From Porphyridium purpureum (Eukaryota): 64,000 nucleotides of DNA. Each line of letters opens with the position of its first letter. Within the stretch, counting starts at the first letter, position 1. Location: positions 124,001 through 188,000 of the forward strand of contig VRMN01000008.1 of assembly GCA_008690995.1 (NCBI GenBank). Direction: 5' to 3'. The notes beneath the pieces are model-generated. The model was not told the origin of the DNA, made no database searches, and saw only the letters and a list, made by a program, of their open reading frames with translations. Positions 39,311 through 50,484 of this stretch are shown one piece after another. The position numbers were made by a program, and so were the translations under genes.

Positions 39311-40789
39311 ATGATGGGTATATACCTGATCCGGTTTGTACCCAGGCTCGCGCACTTTCGGATCCCAGAATTGTTGAGTGTTGCTGCAAGTCTGGGCGTC
39401 GACGAGCAGTCGCTTGATTTGCGGCCGGCAGTGGCAGAGTGCAGCACGGAGCTGGTTGAATGCGAAGGTCCGGAGGACCCGGAATGGAGAGAAGATACTT
39501 ACGGTACGTACGGGCCGTCACTTTTGCAGTTCGCGCGGTTCGAATCCGACGCGCTCGCAGTGGAGGTCGCGAGGAGGTGTGTACTCGTGCGGCATCTCGC
39601 GCGGGTTATCGGCGCTGGTCAGATGTACGAACTGTGCTTGGCTGACGCACTCGAGCGATGGAGGACAGAGCCGTGGCTAAAAGCCATTGCAGACGATCCT
39701 CACATGTCTTGGCGATGTCGCATGGACGCCATGGGATGCGCATACGCCAACGAGCAGAAAGTCGAAAAGTATCACGTGTTCGGAGAAATTCTGAAAGGCA
39801 TAAAGGGCAAAGTTGATCTGAAGCGGCCCAAAATGCAGCTGTATGTGTTCGAAGGTCGCTCGCCACTCAAGCTTAAGTTGATGCACCGAGATCGCTCCCC
39901 GAGGAGAAAGTTGAAATCATCTTCATCGAGCTTGGATGACGCGTTGGGTCACGAACTGCAGGTGGCTGCCTCGGGCGGTCACGACGAAAGCGCGGCATCC
40001 TTTGACGAGATTGAAGGTGATTCAGATGATGACGCATCTGACGGCTCACGTGGCGCGGTCTCGCAGCCTCCGCAGCCGGACGTTGTGGTGTTTGGGGTGT
40101 ATTTATCGCGGGGCTTTCACGACGCCGCGCGAATCTTTGACGTATCCAAGCGCTGTCTTATGAGCACCACGTCGATGGAAGGATCGATGGCGGTCATCAT
40201 GGCAAACATGAGCAGCATGCGCCGTCAAAACGAGGTGGTATGCGACCCGTTCTGCGGCTCGGCCAGCCTGTTGCTTTCTGCTGCATATCTCGGAGCTCAA
40301 GTGCTTGGGTTTGACATTGATGATACTTCGCTGAGTGGACGGAGTATCAACGACAAGCGGAATCGGCTGGGCGAGCTTCCGTTTCCTTGTCCTCTTGGCA
40401 ATGCCGTCTGCACCATCACGAAGAACTTTGAGCAGCTTGGTCTCAGAGAAGGGCCACTGGATCTTGCTGTGATGGACTGCGGTTCCGCATTGCGCGACGG
40501 CATGCTCGATGTGGTGCTCACGGATCCACCGTACGGTCTGCGCGAAGGAGCCTTCGAGCAGACTGATAACCAGCTCGTGGCCGCCAAGGACATCATTCTC
40601 TCGTTGCTTGAGTTCAGTGCTCGACAACTTCGGCCCGGTGGCAGACTTGTGTACTTCCTTCCCGTGCTTCGACACGAGTACTGTGATGAGAATGTACCTT
40701 CGCATCCAGCGCTCAAGTTACTGTTCAACGCGGAGCAGCCGCTGTCGATCAATTTTTCGAGGCGCTTGATGGTGCTGGAGAGGTTGTGA
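39311..40789 (+). CDS. TRM11: tRNA (guanine-10-N2)-methyltransferase Trm11
   Basis: N-terminal YLIRF...HFRIPEL, STTSM, VCDPFCGSASLL, VLTDPPYGLRE and C-terminal FSRRL. Confidence 0.88.
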   Translation: MMGIYLIRFVPRLAHFRIPELLSVAASLGVDEQSLDLRPAVAECSTELVECEGPEDPEWREDTYGTYGPSLLQFARFESDALAVEVARRCVLVRHLARVIGAGQMYELCLADALERWRTEPWLKAIADDPHMSWRCRMDAMGCAYANEQKVEKYHVFGEILKGIKGKVDLKRPKMQLYVFEGRSPLKLKLMHRDRSPRRKLKSSSSSLDDALGHELQVAASGGHDESAASFDEIEGDSDDDASDGSRGAVSQPPQPDVVVFGVYLSRGFHDAARIFDVSKRCLMSTTSMEGSMAVIMANMSSMRRQNEVVCDPFCGSASLLLSAAYLGAQVLGFDIDDTSLSGRSINDKRNRLGELPFPCPLGNAVCTITKNFEQLGLREGPLDLAVMDCGSALRDGMLDVVLTDPPYGLREGAFEQTDNQLVAAKDIILSLLEFSARQLRPGGRLVYFLPVLRHEYCDENVPSHPALKLLFNAEQPLSINFSRRLMVLERL

Positions 40790-41456
40790 GCGAGCGGGAG
40801 GTTTTCTTACTCCCGGCAGAGCTTAGCTTTAGGGACAGATTTCGTCGGACTTTGCGTGCGTCTCTCGGTAAAATTACATCTGTGCGCAATGGCGAGAGAG
40901 CGTCCGGGAGCTGTGTGTGACCCAGCAAATGAAGGTCGGGCGTGCTTTGTGTGTGTCCGTAAATGACTGAATTTAAATGCACTGGAGACGCCTTTGTACA
41001 ACGTGACGAGGCCATTCTTGGTGGTCGTGGGATGATCGGACCAGTCATCAGTGGAGCTGTGCTGGGCCAAACCGACGCGCTTACGTGGTGTAGGCTCGCG
41101 TGCCTGTATGCCATAGGGTAGAGGGCGCGGGTCTGGTCTCTGGTCCGCCAGGGTAGGAAGACGGCATTCCACGCGCGCTGGAGCTGACAACCGACGGTGA
41201 CAGTGGGGACTGGCTCGAGATCGTGGTCCCTGGTATGCCGACGTTGTTGCAAGGCAGTCATTGCAGTGACTTGGTCAGAACGGAAGCGTGCACTTGCAGC
41301 GAAGAGACCCGCACATCTCGCGGGACCAGGTTCTTATATCGGCATCAGAAAGGATTTCGGAGAGCAATTAATGTCTTTATACCGCCTGCAATCTATTCCT
41401 CTGTGTACATATATATATTTGTTCGTCCATAACCTTCGTCTGTAAGTCTATAACAC

Positions 41457-41813
41457 TCAATTTGATTTGCGCAATCGCATGCGCAGCGCGCGCAGCGCGC
41501 TTCGTACTGAACACGCGTCGCGGCGCAACCTGCTGCGGCGTGGCTGGCTAGGGATTGCGTCTTCAGCACCCTTATGGTCGGAAAGATCGGACGACCACTC
41601 GTCCGAGCTGCGCCAGTGAAGCGAGCCGGACTCAGCTCTAATTGGGCGCGCGACGCGCGCCGGCGGAACGCTTGCTGACGTTGCCTCGGCATTGATCTGC
41701 GAATCCTCACTGGCGCCGCGCACCGAGTCTGCGAACATTGGACCCGCCAAAAGCGAGCTCGGGCGCTCGTCCAGGCTGCCCTCGAGGACTGCAACAACCT
41801 GATTGAAAGCCAT
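41457..41813 (-). CDS. Small hypothetical protein
   Basis: ORF MAFNQVVAVLEG... with protein-like composition, followed by an AT-rich 3' region. No homology recognised. Confidence 0.35.
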   Translation of the reverse strand: MAFNQVVAVLEGSLDERPSSLLAGPMFADSVRGASEDSQINAEATSASVPPARVARPIRAESGSLHWRSSDEWSSDLSDHKGAEDAIPSQPRRSRLRRDACSVRSALRALRMRLRKSN

Positions 41814-41927
41814 GAATAATTTGTTCTCCTTGAACAACACTGATTCTGCTCCGTCTTTCCTTTCAATTTTTTCTTTGCAGCTTCTTCATGTTAACGCTCA
41901 CACTTCGCACGACACCTGTTGCAAACA

Positions 41928-41930
<3 letters not shown>

Positions 41931-41960
<30 letters not shown>
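41931..41960. repeat. (AC)15 microsatellite
   Basis: Read directly in the sequence. Confidence 0.95.
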
Positions 41961-41962
<2 letters not shown>

Positions 41963-42518
41963 CTGCTGTATCACCGTCGCCTTGAGTCAGCACCTTTAGC
42001 TCAGCCGCTTGCCTCCCTCCCGTTCGGTCGTCTGCTTGCCTCTCTCCCCTTCTCTGTCCCGCACCTACCGCCCCCAATATTCCACACGCGGCCGCGCGCC
42101 TTTATCCACCCGAGTGCGCCCGGCGCGCCGTGCGTGCCGAGGTGTGCAAAGTGCGTCTCCAAAGGCCTGTTTCCGCAAGTCTTCTCCACACGTGCTACCG
42201 AAACGGCCTCGAATTCGAGGCCTTGCGCGACACGCCGCTCCCACGCACTCAGACGTTCGACTAGGACGGACTCGCGGCGCGGAGTCATCATGCTAATGCC
42301 GCGCGCGTGGCTATCAAACATCTAGTGTAGGTCGCGCGCCGGGTGACGCACACGAGTTGGGTGTGAAGTTGAGGCGGGAGGACCTATCGCATGTCGCTAT
42401 CTATATCGCGCGTGATGGTGCACAAGAACTGCAGGGGATGCGGCGTGAAGAAAGATGACGCGGCGGCATGTGAGAATAAATGCGACGCCGCGCGTGGACA
42501 TGGATGAGGCTGTTTGCG

Positions 42519-42542
42519 TGTGTGTGTGTGTGTGTGTGTGTG
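42519..42542. repeat. (TG)12 microsatellite
   Basis: Read directly in the sequence. Confidence 0.95.
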
Positions 42543-43198
42543 CGTTCTTTCTGCTCGTGCCGAAGCACTCGCGTCATGGCGGCCGCGCCGTGCCACACAG
42601 CACGCAAGTTTCCGACGAAAATGCGAGGATGTGGCAAGGCGACCCGAGCAGGACATGCGGATCCTTTTTTCCTAGTCGGGAAGTGCTCGAGTCGGCGTGG
42701 GTTGGTGCGCACCGGGAGTGACGCAAGCCAGGGCGGACGCACAATGGCCCGTGAGCGTGATGGTGCCTATGGCACGAGACCTGGTGGAGCGACGCTTGCG
42801 TGTTCAGACACTAGGGCGCGGGCAGCAAGCATCTATTGTTTCTACGACGCATCGGGGCTTGTCTCTCTGACAGCAGCATATCATCGATCGCAATAGATGT
42901 ACTTGTTTGACTCATAGGCTTCATTCTGCAGGAACTTTATCCCATCCGCTTCCATGTGGATCTCGAAATGCACATTATCAGCTGGTCATGACCTTTCCCC
43001 CCTCTGTGACTGGCGACCAGCCACGCACAGCGCGTTCCCGCACCCCTGGCTCCTTTTGCATAGGTCAAGTCTTGATGGCACAACCCACATATTTCCGTAG
43101 ATCTCTGCAGCGTTCCGACATCGCCGAACGCGTGCAGATGATTATCAACCACACGACTCAATCGTTCACGACGCGAAGAGCGCAACACGTGTTGTGAG

Positions 43199-44221
43199 AT
43201 GAGCGGGAACGTTGCAGGGGGCAAACCGCAGCTAGACTGGTGGCGGAAGAAAAAGCTTCCCGCGCGGGGGACAAAAGAATGCGTGGCGAGCCCGGCAGAT
43301 GCCGCGTTCGACGCCGGCGTGGTTCGCGGCCGGCGCGAAGCAATCCACAAGGTAGTGGGGGTGCGCAAGCCGTCCAAGCCGAACAGCCTGAGCATCGGAG
43401 AATGGCACGCTTGTGTGCAGCGAGTGCGCATCGTGTGCTCCCGGGGAAAGTGGCTGATGTCCATGGGATTTGAACGCGGCCAAATTTCGTGGTTGAATGT
43501 CGAGGAGGCGATCTTTTTGCTCGAGGCCGGCGGCCTGTACTTGAAGAGCGTGCCCTGCACGGTTCGCAGAACCGCCGAAGAATGTGAAAACATTCACCAC
43601 ACGGTACCGCATTCGACGAACGATCGTGATCAGCTGCAGCTGCCGTGGTGTCAGCAAAACGCGTCGCCCAGTGCGTTACCCATGTCTTTGCAAAGAGCGC
43701 ACGCGACAATGGTGTCGAGCGAGAAGCAGCTAAGGATCATCTACGCCACGGGTCACCTGAGGCGCATCGGGTACATTGTGCGCAGACCGCGCATGGTCGA
43801 CGAAGTCCACACGCTCGGTGCGCCGCATATCGAGCTGTCGGTGTGGCAGCACGCCAGTTTCCGCGGCAAACGGTTGGCCGGCAAACCAGATTTTCATCTT
43901 ATCGTTCTCAGCAATCTGGAGGTTGAAGCGCTTTCTATGACGTCAGTACTGCTAGCTGCTGAAAAGTGCGCACCTGTGGGGCTGAAGCTGTGTGTTGTTG
44001 AACGCGCTTCAGTTTTGATCTATGATCTTGTCGGTGGCAGTCCGACGTCCGGTGCCACCCCTCTTGTTCGCATCATAGGGGACGCGGACCAGCCGCTTCT
44101 TCAGCAATACGCCGTCGACCGTATCCGCGTCATTGATGAGTCTGACTTGCCGAGAATTGAGGCAAATAGTGATGAGGAGGATGAGCTCGCTGCCGGGGAA
44201 GAGGGAAGTGTCCCAGTTTGA
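43199..44221 (+). CDS. tRNA-splicing endonuclease subunit Sen54-like
   Basis: RGKWLMSMG...WLNVEEAIFLLEAGGL...PMSLQRAH...GHLRRIGYIVRR matches the Sen54 N-terminal pattern. Confidence 0.78.
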   Translation: MSGNVAGGKPQLDWWRKKKLPARGTKECVASPADAAFDAGVVRGRREAIHKVVGVRKPSKPNSLSIGEWHACVQRVRIVCSRGKWLMSMGFERGQISWLNVEEAIFLLEAGGLYLKSVPCTVRRTAEECENIHHTVPHSTNDRDQLQLPWCQQNASPSALPMSLQRAHATMVSSEKQLRIIYATGHLRRIGYIVRRPRMVDEVHTLGAPHIELSVWQHASFRGKRLAGKPDFHLIVLSNLEVEALSMTSVLLAAEKCAPVGLKLCVVERASVLIYDLVGGSPTSGATPLVRIIGDADQPLLQQYAVDRIRVIDESDLPRIEANSDEEDELAAGEEGSVPV

Positions 44222-44276
44222 GCCCGGGGTTTAGTGGCTTACTCCTTAATGCACGTGCGAACTTACTTTGTTGACT

Positions 44277-44750
44277 TTACTCAATATCTTCGTCTGCTTG
44301 CTGCGTCACCTCAAACTGTACATCGATCGTGAGCCCGGCTGCTTCAATGGTATCGCCATTACGCAAGCGTCGCCCGCGGCGCAATTCGACCTGGCCATTA
44401 ACCAGCACCTCTCCATTTTGGATAGCGGTCTTTGTCTGGCCACCGGTCTCGTACACGCCCTGCGTTTTCAAAAACTTGCCCAATTGGATTGTTGTCTCAC
44501 CGACATTTTTCGAGGCGGACACAAACATGACTGGCTTGTCATCCTCCGCATCACTTGGCGTCGGTTTTTGGAACCCGACGGCCAGACATATGACACCACG
44601 CCGTGCGCCACAATGCCGAGACCTCACAGGCGCAGCACGCTCGCACGGGCGTGCACACACAGACGCCTGTGCCGGCCGCGTCGGCGCTGCCACAAGGCTC
44701 ACATCTGTGACACCGCAAACACCAAACGCCGACGCCATTGTCCTCGCCAT
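44277..44750 (-). CDS. S4-domain RNA-binding protein (YaaA/YbcJ-like), probably plastid-targeted
   Basis: IQLGKFLK...TGGQTKTAIQNGEVLVNGQVELRRGRRLRNGDTI, with a MASAF-type presequence. Confidence 0.88.
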   Translation of the reverse strand: MARTMASAFGVCGVTDVSLVAAPTRPAQASVCARPCERAAPVRSRHCGARRGVICLAVGFQKPTPSDAEDDKPVMFVSASKNVGETTIQLGKFLKTQGVYETGGQTKTAIQNGEVLVNGQVELRRGRRLRNGDTIEAAGLTIDVQFEVTQQADEDIE

Positions 44751-45058
44751 CGTCCCTGCTGCGCATGCCGCCACCTGTGCGAGACGCCACGCGCCACGCA
44801 CCACCGCCGACCACGACCGATCTCGTACTGTACCGCTTCACTGTACTCGACTGCATCTAGGGTTTCTCCGTTGCTGCGGCACAAATTAACGGCGAATTCG
44901 GTTCACGGGTGCACTGTACCTCATCGAGTTTACGTATGAACCGTTGAACCGTTTGGAATTTTGCGGGGAAGTGCTGGCGTGTGTGAAGCTGGGGAAGTTG
45001 TGGGGGAGCGCGAGAGAGAGAGTGAGTGAGAGAAAGGGAAGGAGAGAAACGAGGAATC

Positions 45059-45871
45059 ATGGAGCGCGGAGGGTTTTCGTTTGATAATTGCGTGCGCAAC
45101 GCGATGCTGGAGTCCGCGGGCTACCAGCCGCCGAAAGCGCGCAAGACCGGGACGACGATCTGCGGGGTGATTTTCGAAGGGGGCGTGGTGCTTGGCGCGG
45201 ACACGCGCGCCACATCAGGGAATGTGGTGTTTGAGAAGAACTGTGAGAAGATCCATTACATTGCGCCAAACATCTACTGCTGCGGGGCAGGGACGGCGGC
45301 CGATACGGAAAACACCACGGGTCTGATCGCCTCGCAGCTCGAGCTGCACCGCCTCAGCACCGGCCGGGAATCTAGGGTGATTACAAGCTTGACCATGCTC
45401 AAGCAGATGCTCTTCAAATATCAGGGTCATGTCAGCGCCGCGTTGGTGCTCGGGGGCGTTGATCTGAAAGGACCCCACCTGTACACCGTCTACCCTCACG
45501 GCTCGTCTGACTCGCTGCCGTACGTGACCATGGGCTCAGGCTCGCTCGCTGCCATGGCTGTGTTTGAGGCCAATTACAAGGACAACTTGACCGAGGAAGA
45601 AGCAAAGTTGCTTGTCAAGCAGGCAATTAGTGCCGGTATCTTCAACGACCTCGGCTCGGGCGGCAACGTGAATCTGTGCGTGATCAAGAAGGGAAAGACA
45701 GAGGTCATCAAGGGATATGCGCAGGAAAACCCCAGGAAGTACCGTCGGCCTGCCGGTTACTCATTTCCAACCGGAACAACGTCGGTTCTCGAGTCAAAAT
45801 TCCAACGGCCTGTGTCTGAAATCGCCGTCGTCACCGAAGTAGTCTCTGAGAGCGTGAGTATGGAGACGTAG
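45059..45871 (+). CDS. 20S proteasome subunit beta-2 (PSMB7/Pup1)
   Basis: Propeptide [11 protein letters not shown], catalytic [15 protein letters not shown] and GIFNDLGSG. Confidence 0.96.
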   Translation: MERGGFSFDNCVRNAMLESAGYQPPKARKTGTTICGVIFEGGVVLGADTRATSGNVVFEKNCEKIHYIAPNIYCCGAGTAADTENTTGLIASQLELHRLSTGRESRVITSLTMLKQMLFKYQGHVSAALVLGGVDLKGPHLYTVYPHGSSDSLPYVTMGSGSLAAMAVFEANYKDNLTEEEAKLLVKQAISAGIFNDLGSGGNVNLCVIKKGKTEVIKGYAQENPRKYRRPAGYSFPTGTTSVLESKFQRPVSEIAVVTEVVSESVSMET

Positions 45872-46045
45872 TGATCGTCTTCAACGCAACGCACGCGCCT
45901 CATGGCTTGCCGAGATCTGCATTGATTAAATCTTGGACACGTCGTAAATGCCAACTTGTAAAAGTGTTCAGTTCGTACACAGCCAGATTTCTGTCGCAAG
46001 AGAAATGAACGGAATAGTGAGGGCGAAAAGACAACGTCAGGAGTC

Positions 46046-47038
46046 ATGGCATTTGCCCATGCCTTATCACCAGCCCCATGCGGGAAAACATACCGAGCGA
46101 GGTGTGTCCGTGCGCCTGCAAAAAGCGCGCGGCCTGGTCGCGTGCGAGTGAGCGCGTCTGCGCCGTCAAGCTTTGATAGACTGGGCGACGTCGAGAGCAC
46201 GAGCTTGATCACATCATTTTGGCGCGCGCGAGAGTCGGAAAAGGACGAAGAGACGCGGCTGGTTTATGATGAATCTGCGCGATTGATTCGAGACTCGCTC
46301 ATGTCCAAGGAGCAGATAGCGAAGCTCGAGAGCAGCGCGATTCTCGAGCTCGCCACGGACCTGCTGGCGATTCGTTCACATGTGATCGACGAGCTGATCG
46401 ACTCGCGCTTCGGTATCAAGGACAAAAAGGGGGAGCACCATTTGTACTATCAAATGGTACATCTGGGGATCGGCATGTGCACGCGACATTATACGCGCCT
46501 CAAGAATCTGCCGAAAAATGCGACGGTATTTGAGATTGACTCGAACGAGGTGCTAGAAGCGCGCGTAGATGTGCTGGACCTTTTGGGATGTCCGCCCAAA
46601 TGCATCATTGAGCCAGTGCCGTGCGCAGATGTGGGCGTCGAGTTCGCGCTTCTTGAGGCGCTGGCTTACAAGGGATACCGAGCAGACCTGCCCACCATTT
46701 TCGTGGCAGAGGGTTTGCTCGAGTACATGAGTCCCGAGCAACTCGATGCGATGTTCGGCTCGATCGCACGCATTGCGGCAGACGGATCCATGTTTATTGC
46801 TCAAGTTCTAGAACCGTCAATCATCGACGAATTCCGACGCCTTGATCCTGAGATGAGCATTCCATTCCAGAACATTCCACCGCGAGAGCAAATCCTTTCG
46901 CACATGAATGCTGAGGCCGACGTGTGGCACGAGGTGGAGTTTCTTCCGTACGATGATCTAGGCCGAAAGCTGGGGCGTCCCGTTCCGCACGTAGGCAATA
47001 TTTTGACCGCTCTATTTGAATACAAGGACGAAGAATAA
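46046..47038 (+). CDS. SAM-dependent methyltransferase (LCM/ML2640-like), plastid presequence
   Basis: TSLITSFWRARES, LAIRSHVIDE, QMVHLGIGMCTR, VFEID and PTIFVAEGLLEYM. N-terminus begins MAFA. Confidence 0.8.
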   Translation: MAFAHALSPAPCGKTYRARCVRAPAKSARPGRVRVSASAPSSFDRLGDVESTSLITSFWRARESEKDEETRLVYDESARLIRDSLMSKEQIAKLESSAILELATDLLAIRSHVIDELIDSRFGIKDKKGEHHLYYQMVHLGIGMCTRHYTRLKNLPKNATVFEIDSNEVLEARVDVLDLLGCPPKCIIEPVPCADVGVEFALLEALAYKGYRADLPTIFVAEGLLEYMSPEQLDAMFGSIARIAADGSMFIAQVLEPSIIDEFRRLDPEMSIPFQNIPPREQILSHMNAEADVWHEVEFLPYDDLGRKLGRPVPHVGNILTALFEYKDEE

Positions 47039-47099
47039 ACATTTTCACTATAAACACAGAAAAACGCACGAGCGAGGAACGAAGCACCGGCGCTACTCT

Positions 47100-48005
47100 C
47101 TACAGATTACTGGAGTCTTGGGCCCCGCTCGCAGATCCGGACGAACCAGATCCATCCCCGTCCTTTTCAAAATCAAACTCGTCACCGAGCGACTCGCCAT
47201 TCGCAGGTGCCGCGCTCCCCGGTGTTCGGTCCTGGCGCGCGCGCTCGTTTTCAGACGTGGATGGAGGTGATGTCCCTGAAGGTGACGCTGACGCTGGCGC
47301 CAGCCCCAAAAGGCGCAGCAAGATTTGCACCGGTGAGAAGCGCCCGGCCAGTGGACTGAGAATAAATAGCGTGAAAAGCCGCCACAGCTTGAGCGCTCGC
47401 TTCAAGACTCGCTTGATCAGCGGGACAATGGAGAGCTTATCTAGCGGGAGCTCAAAGCCAAACATATTTCGAAACTCCTCACGGAACGCGCCTAGCGAAT
47501 AGATCAGTCCGAACACGCTTTCAAAGATCATGTGAAAGTTCCGCAAGACCTCTTCCAGCAAGCCCGAGACACGGGCAAACGAGTGCATGACAGAGTGCAT
47601 CCCATTAATGACCTGCCCGCCCGGTGCCATCACGCCTTGAGCAAGCCCGCCAAGCGGGCTGCTGTACGGCATGCCGCCCATTCCATGCATCGAGCTGCCG
47701 TACATACCTGACGCGCCGCCGTACATTCCTCCACCGTACACCGAACTCCCGTACCCTGAATACGACGGCCTTCCGTACATTCCCCCATACCCCCCGCCAT
47801 ACCCTGCTCCGCCATACCCTGCTCCACCATACCCTGCTCCACCATACCCCATCCCACTTCCAAACATGGAGCGCGACCCAGCTCCATACATGGGCGGCGC
47901 CGCGGCCGCGCCGTCGCCATCCATTCCCATACCCCCACCGGGCACGTTTGTTGTGCCCATGTCGCGCCCCGCAAATCCGCCTCCCGTATCCCCTACACCT
48001 TCCAT
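47100..48005 (-). CDS. Peroxin PEX13-like (Gly/Tyr-rich, no SH3)
   Basis: YG-rich N-terminus with three 15-nt GGAGY repeats at 47797-47841, then MHSVMHSFARVSGLLE...HMIFESVFGL. Confidence 0.72.
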   Translation of the reverse strand: MEGVGDTGGGFAGRDMGTTNVPGGGMGMDGDGAAAAPPMYGAGSRSMFGSGMGYGGAGYGGAGYGGAGYGGGYGGMYGRPSYSGYGSSVYGGGMYGGASGMYGSSMHGMGGMPYSSPLGGLAQGVMAPGGQVINGMHSVMHSFARVSGLLEEVLRNFHMIFESVFGLIYSLGAFREEFRNMFGFELPLDKLSIVPLIKRVLKRALKLWRLFTLFILSPLAGRFSPVQILLRLLGLAPASASPSGTSPPSTSENERARQDRTPGSAAPANGESLGDEFDFEKDGDGSGSSGSASGAQDSSNL

Positions 48006-48611
48006 GCTTTCCTGCCTCCCTGCGTGCACAAGCACTTACCCACCCCTTTATCTCTCTCTCCCTCTCTCCTTCTCACCACCATCACCTACTCGCCCTCTCT
48101 CTGTTCTTCCATCCACGCACTCAGCTTTGACACCTAGACAAGGGAGCGCGCCACGTCTAATAAACCAGTGCCTTTCAATCATACATTCAAAAAGCTAGGG
48201 TTACTCCTGTCACTCAGGTGCGGCTCACAGCTTCATACCCACGCGACTCAGTTTCATAGAGAAGCGTGTGTGCAAAGCAACGAGCCCCTTACAAAACACA
48301 CGTCCAAACAAATGATGTACCTTGGCCGGTCACTAAAGTGTACCTCATTGACAGTTGTTATCGGTCTGTTGGTTTGTTGGTTATGGACAAGAACATGTGG
48401 AACCTCAGGCAGTGATCAACATGGGGTTGCGCAAGCGCGGCAGAAGTGAGGATCTTGGCGCAGGTGGGCAGGTGCGGCAGAAGGGCGGGTTCTGTACACC
48501 TTGGCAAGGAATCTCAAGCTTCATTTTCATATTTGGCTGGCATTTGGCTACACGTACCGCGGCTGAGCAGTCGGTCTGAAAGGCAGACGGCGCTTGCCGA
48601 TTTGATCCCAC

Positions 48612-49256
48612 ATGAGGGCGAGGCGTGTCCTGTTTTGGGGGTTGGGATGCTACACAGCGGCGTGCGCGGGCTCAATGGGAGCTGCGTTTGTGCCCGGAAC
48701 ACCAACGTTCCGCGTGGATTCTGCCGAGGTGCTGGATGTTGTGCGCAACTCGCACAAGATACGGGCTAGACAAGGCTTGATTGATTTGATGTGCGATGTG
48801 TATTCGTGCAAGGAAGTGCCTCGCGATCGGATGGAGCGCGCGTTTGCGCCAAACGTGACGTTTGAAGATCCGGCTGTTTCGCTGGTGGGTTTGGCTGAAG
48901 TAATGTTGTCTTTGCGGGCGTTAAAGTACTTGGATGGATCAGCAAGCACTGTTCTGGCGGTGACTCATTACAACTCGGGTGCCAGTATTGACGTGCAGCA
49001 GCGCTGGCGCATTCCTATTTTTGGGCGATTTGTTTTGAAGGAGACTCTGTTCCTCGAGTTTTGCGGCGAAACCGAGCTGGATGAACTCGGAGAAACTACC
49101 GCTCAAGTTTCACGTATTTATGATTTGTGGAATAGGAAGAGGCTGGTGCCTTTATTTCACGTCTTTCCCCGCCGGCTGAACGGATTTTGTATCGCGGCTG
49201 AGCTCAAGCTGATGGAGCGTTGGGAGCCAATGGATTCAGGGAAGAAGCAGCGGTGA
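48612..49256 (+). CDS. SnoaL/NTF2-like fold protein
   Basis: FAPNVTFEDPAVSLVG...VSRIYDLWN pattern. The start may be 48675. Confidence 0.62.
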   Translation: MRARRVLFWGLGCYTAACAGSMGAAFVPGTPTFRVDSAEVLDVVRNSHKIRARQGLIDLMCDVYSCKEVPRDRMERAFAPNVTFEDPAVSLVGLAEVMLSLRALKYLDGSASTVLAVTHYNSGASIDVQQRWRIPIFGRFVLKETLFLEFCGETELDELGETTAQVSRIYDLWNRKRLVPLFHVFPRRLNGFCIAAELKLMERWEPMDSGKKQR

Positions 49257-49282
49257 GTGACTTTCAAAACCAATTGAAGCGT

Positions 49283-49894
49283 CTAATTGAAGCGCTTAAC
49301 AATGCCCGCAAAATACTCGCCATGATGCTTGGCGATTGCAAGCTCGAGGTCTGATGCCTGCCTAGAGCCGTCGCCATTCGCCAGCATACCGGATCCGTAA
49401 GCGGAGCTCCCACGAAGGGTGTTGACCATCATCTCCGGATGCGTGTAGCCCATGGGAACAAAGATCATGCCCAAGTGGGTGAGCACTGGCACTGTGGTGA
49501 GCGCGGTCGTTTCCTGTCCTCCACCAATGGTCCCCGTGGAGAAGAAGACCGACGCCATTTTGCCGTTCAGCTTGCCTTGCGCCCACAGGCCGCCAAGTCC
49601 GTCAAAGAAAGCCTTCATCTGGGCAGGCATTGTGCCGAATCGCGTTGGAATGCCGAACATGATGCCGTCCACTGCGACGAGCAGATCCATATCTTCGCGC
49701 GTGAACGTCTTGTACTCTTCTGCCTTTGGCGGCGCGCCCATCTTGGTCAGCACATCCTGCGGCAGCGTTTCCGGCACTTGCATCACGATGGCCTCACACC
49801 CGGCCGTCTCGATCCCAGCCTTCACCATATCTGCCTGTTTCTTAATGTGGCCGTACATCGAGTAGTACAGCACCAAGATCCTCTTCGTCGCCAT
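49283..49894 (-). CDS. wrbA: Flavodoxin-like NAD(P)H:quinone oxidoreductase (WrbA/FQR1)
   Basis: YYSMYGHI, FGIPTRFG, STGTIGGGQET and DGSRQAS. Confidence 0.95.
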   Translation of the reverse strand: MATKRILVLYYSMYGHIKKQADMVKAGIETAGCEAIVMQVPETLPQDVLTKMGAPPKAEEYKTFTREDMDLLVAVDGIMFGIPTRFGTMPAQMKAFFDGLGGLWAQGKLNGKMASVFFSTGTIGGGQETTALTTVPVLTHLGMIFVPMGYTHPEMMVNTLRGSSAYGSGMLANGDGSRQASDLELAIAKHHGEYFAGIVKRFN

Positions 49895-50484
49895 GATTAC
49901 TGTGAGAGCTTCTTAATGTCTGATCCACACAAACACACACGCCGCAGCACACCACAGTCACGATCGCAATTGCCCGTCCTCCCTTTGTCGCTTGTGTCCT
50001 GACCCGATACTGTGTCCCAATCCTCTTCGACCTCTACACCGAACCAGCGCCACCTCAATCCGTTTTTATACCGGCTTCCACGTGCGGGGCGGCCATGTTG
50101 GAGATTGTCATCCGGGAGGGTCGCATTTCATCACAGAGCGTTTCAGGATGACATGCGGGAGAAACAGAGAAACACGCAGAAAACCCAAGTCGAGCTGCCT
50201 TGCTGGCGACGCGGTACTGCGCTTTGCGGCTGTGGAGAAACTCTCCGCTCCTGCGCCCCGCGTCGAGCGTGCACGTGTTTGCAGCCACGTATCTGCCGCG
50301 CGAATTGGAGTCCCAACAGCCGGAAGCGTCTAGAACAAGGCGACATGCCGTCGTGCAGATAACTCACACAAATGCCTCCAATCTGGTAAACGTGCACGCA
50401 CACACTTTGTGGTCATGCACTGCGCGCCCGTCCTTCGCTCGAGCAGGAAACGGCTGCCTGCCGGAGGTTGACGGTATCGAGCGA

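Noticed and set aside
41840..41889. Possible frameshift joining ATG 41889 to the 41457 ORF
   Set aside because: An in-frame ATG at 41813 exists and there is no homology to justify the join.
7098..44221. Apparent concentration of RNA-modification and processing genes (pseudouridine synthase, mnmG, TRM11, SEN54, U1)
   Set aside because: They are scattered over 37 kb, act in different compartments and are interleaved with unrelated genes. No evidence of a cluster.
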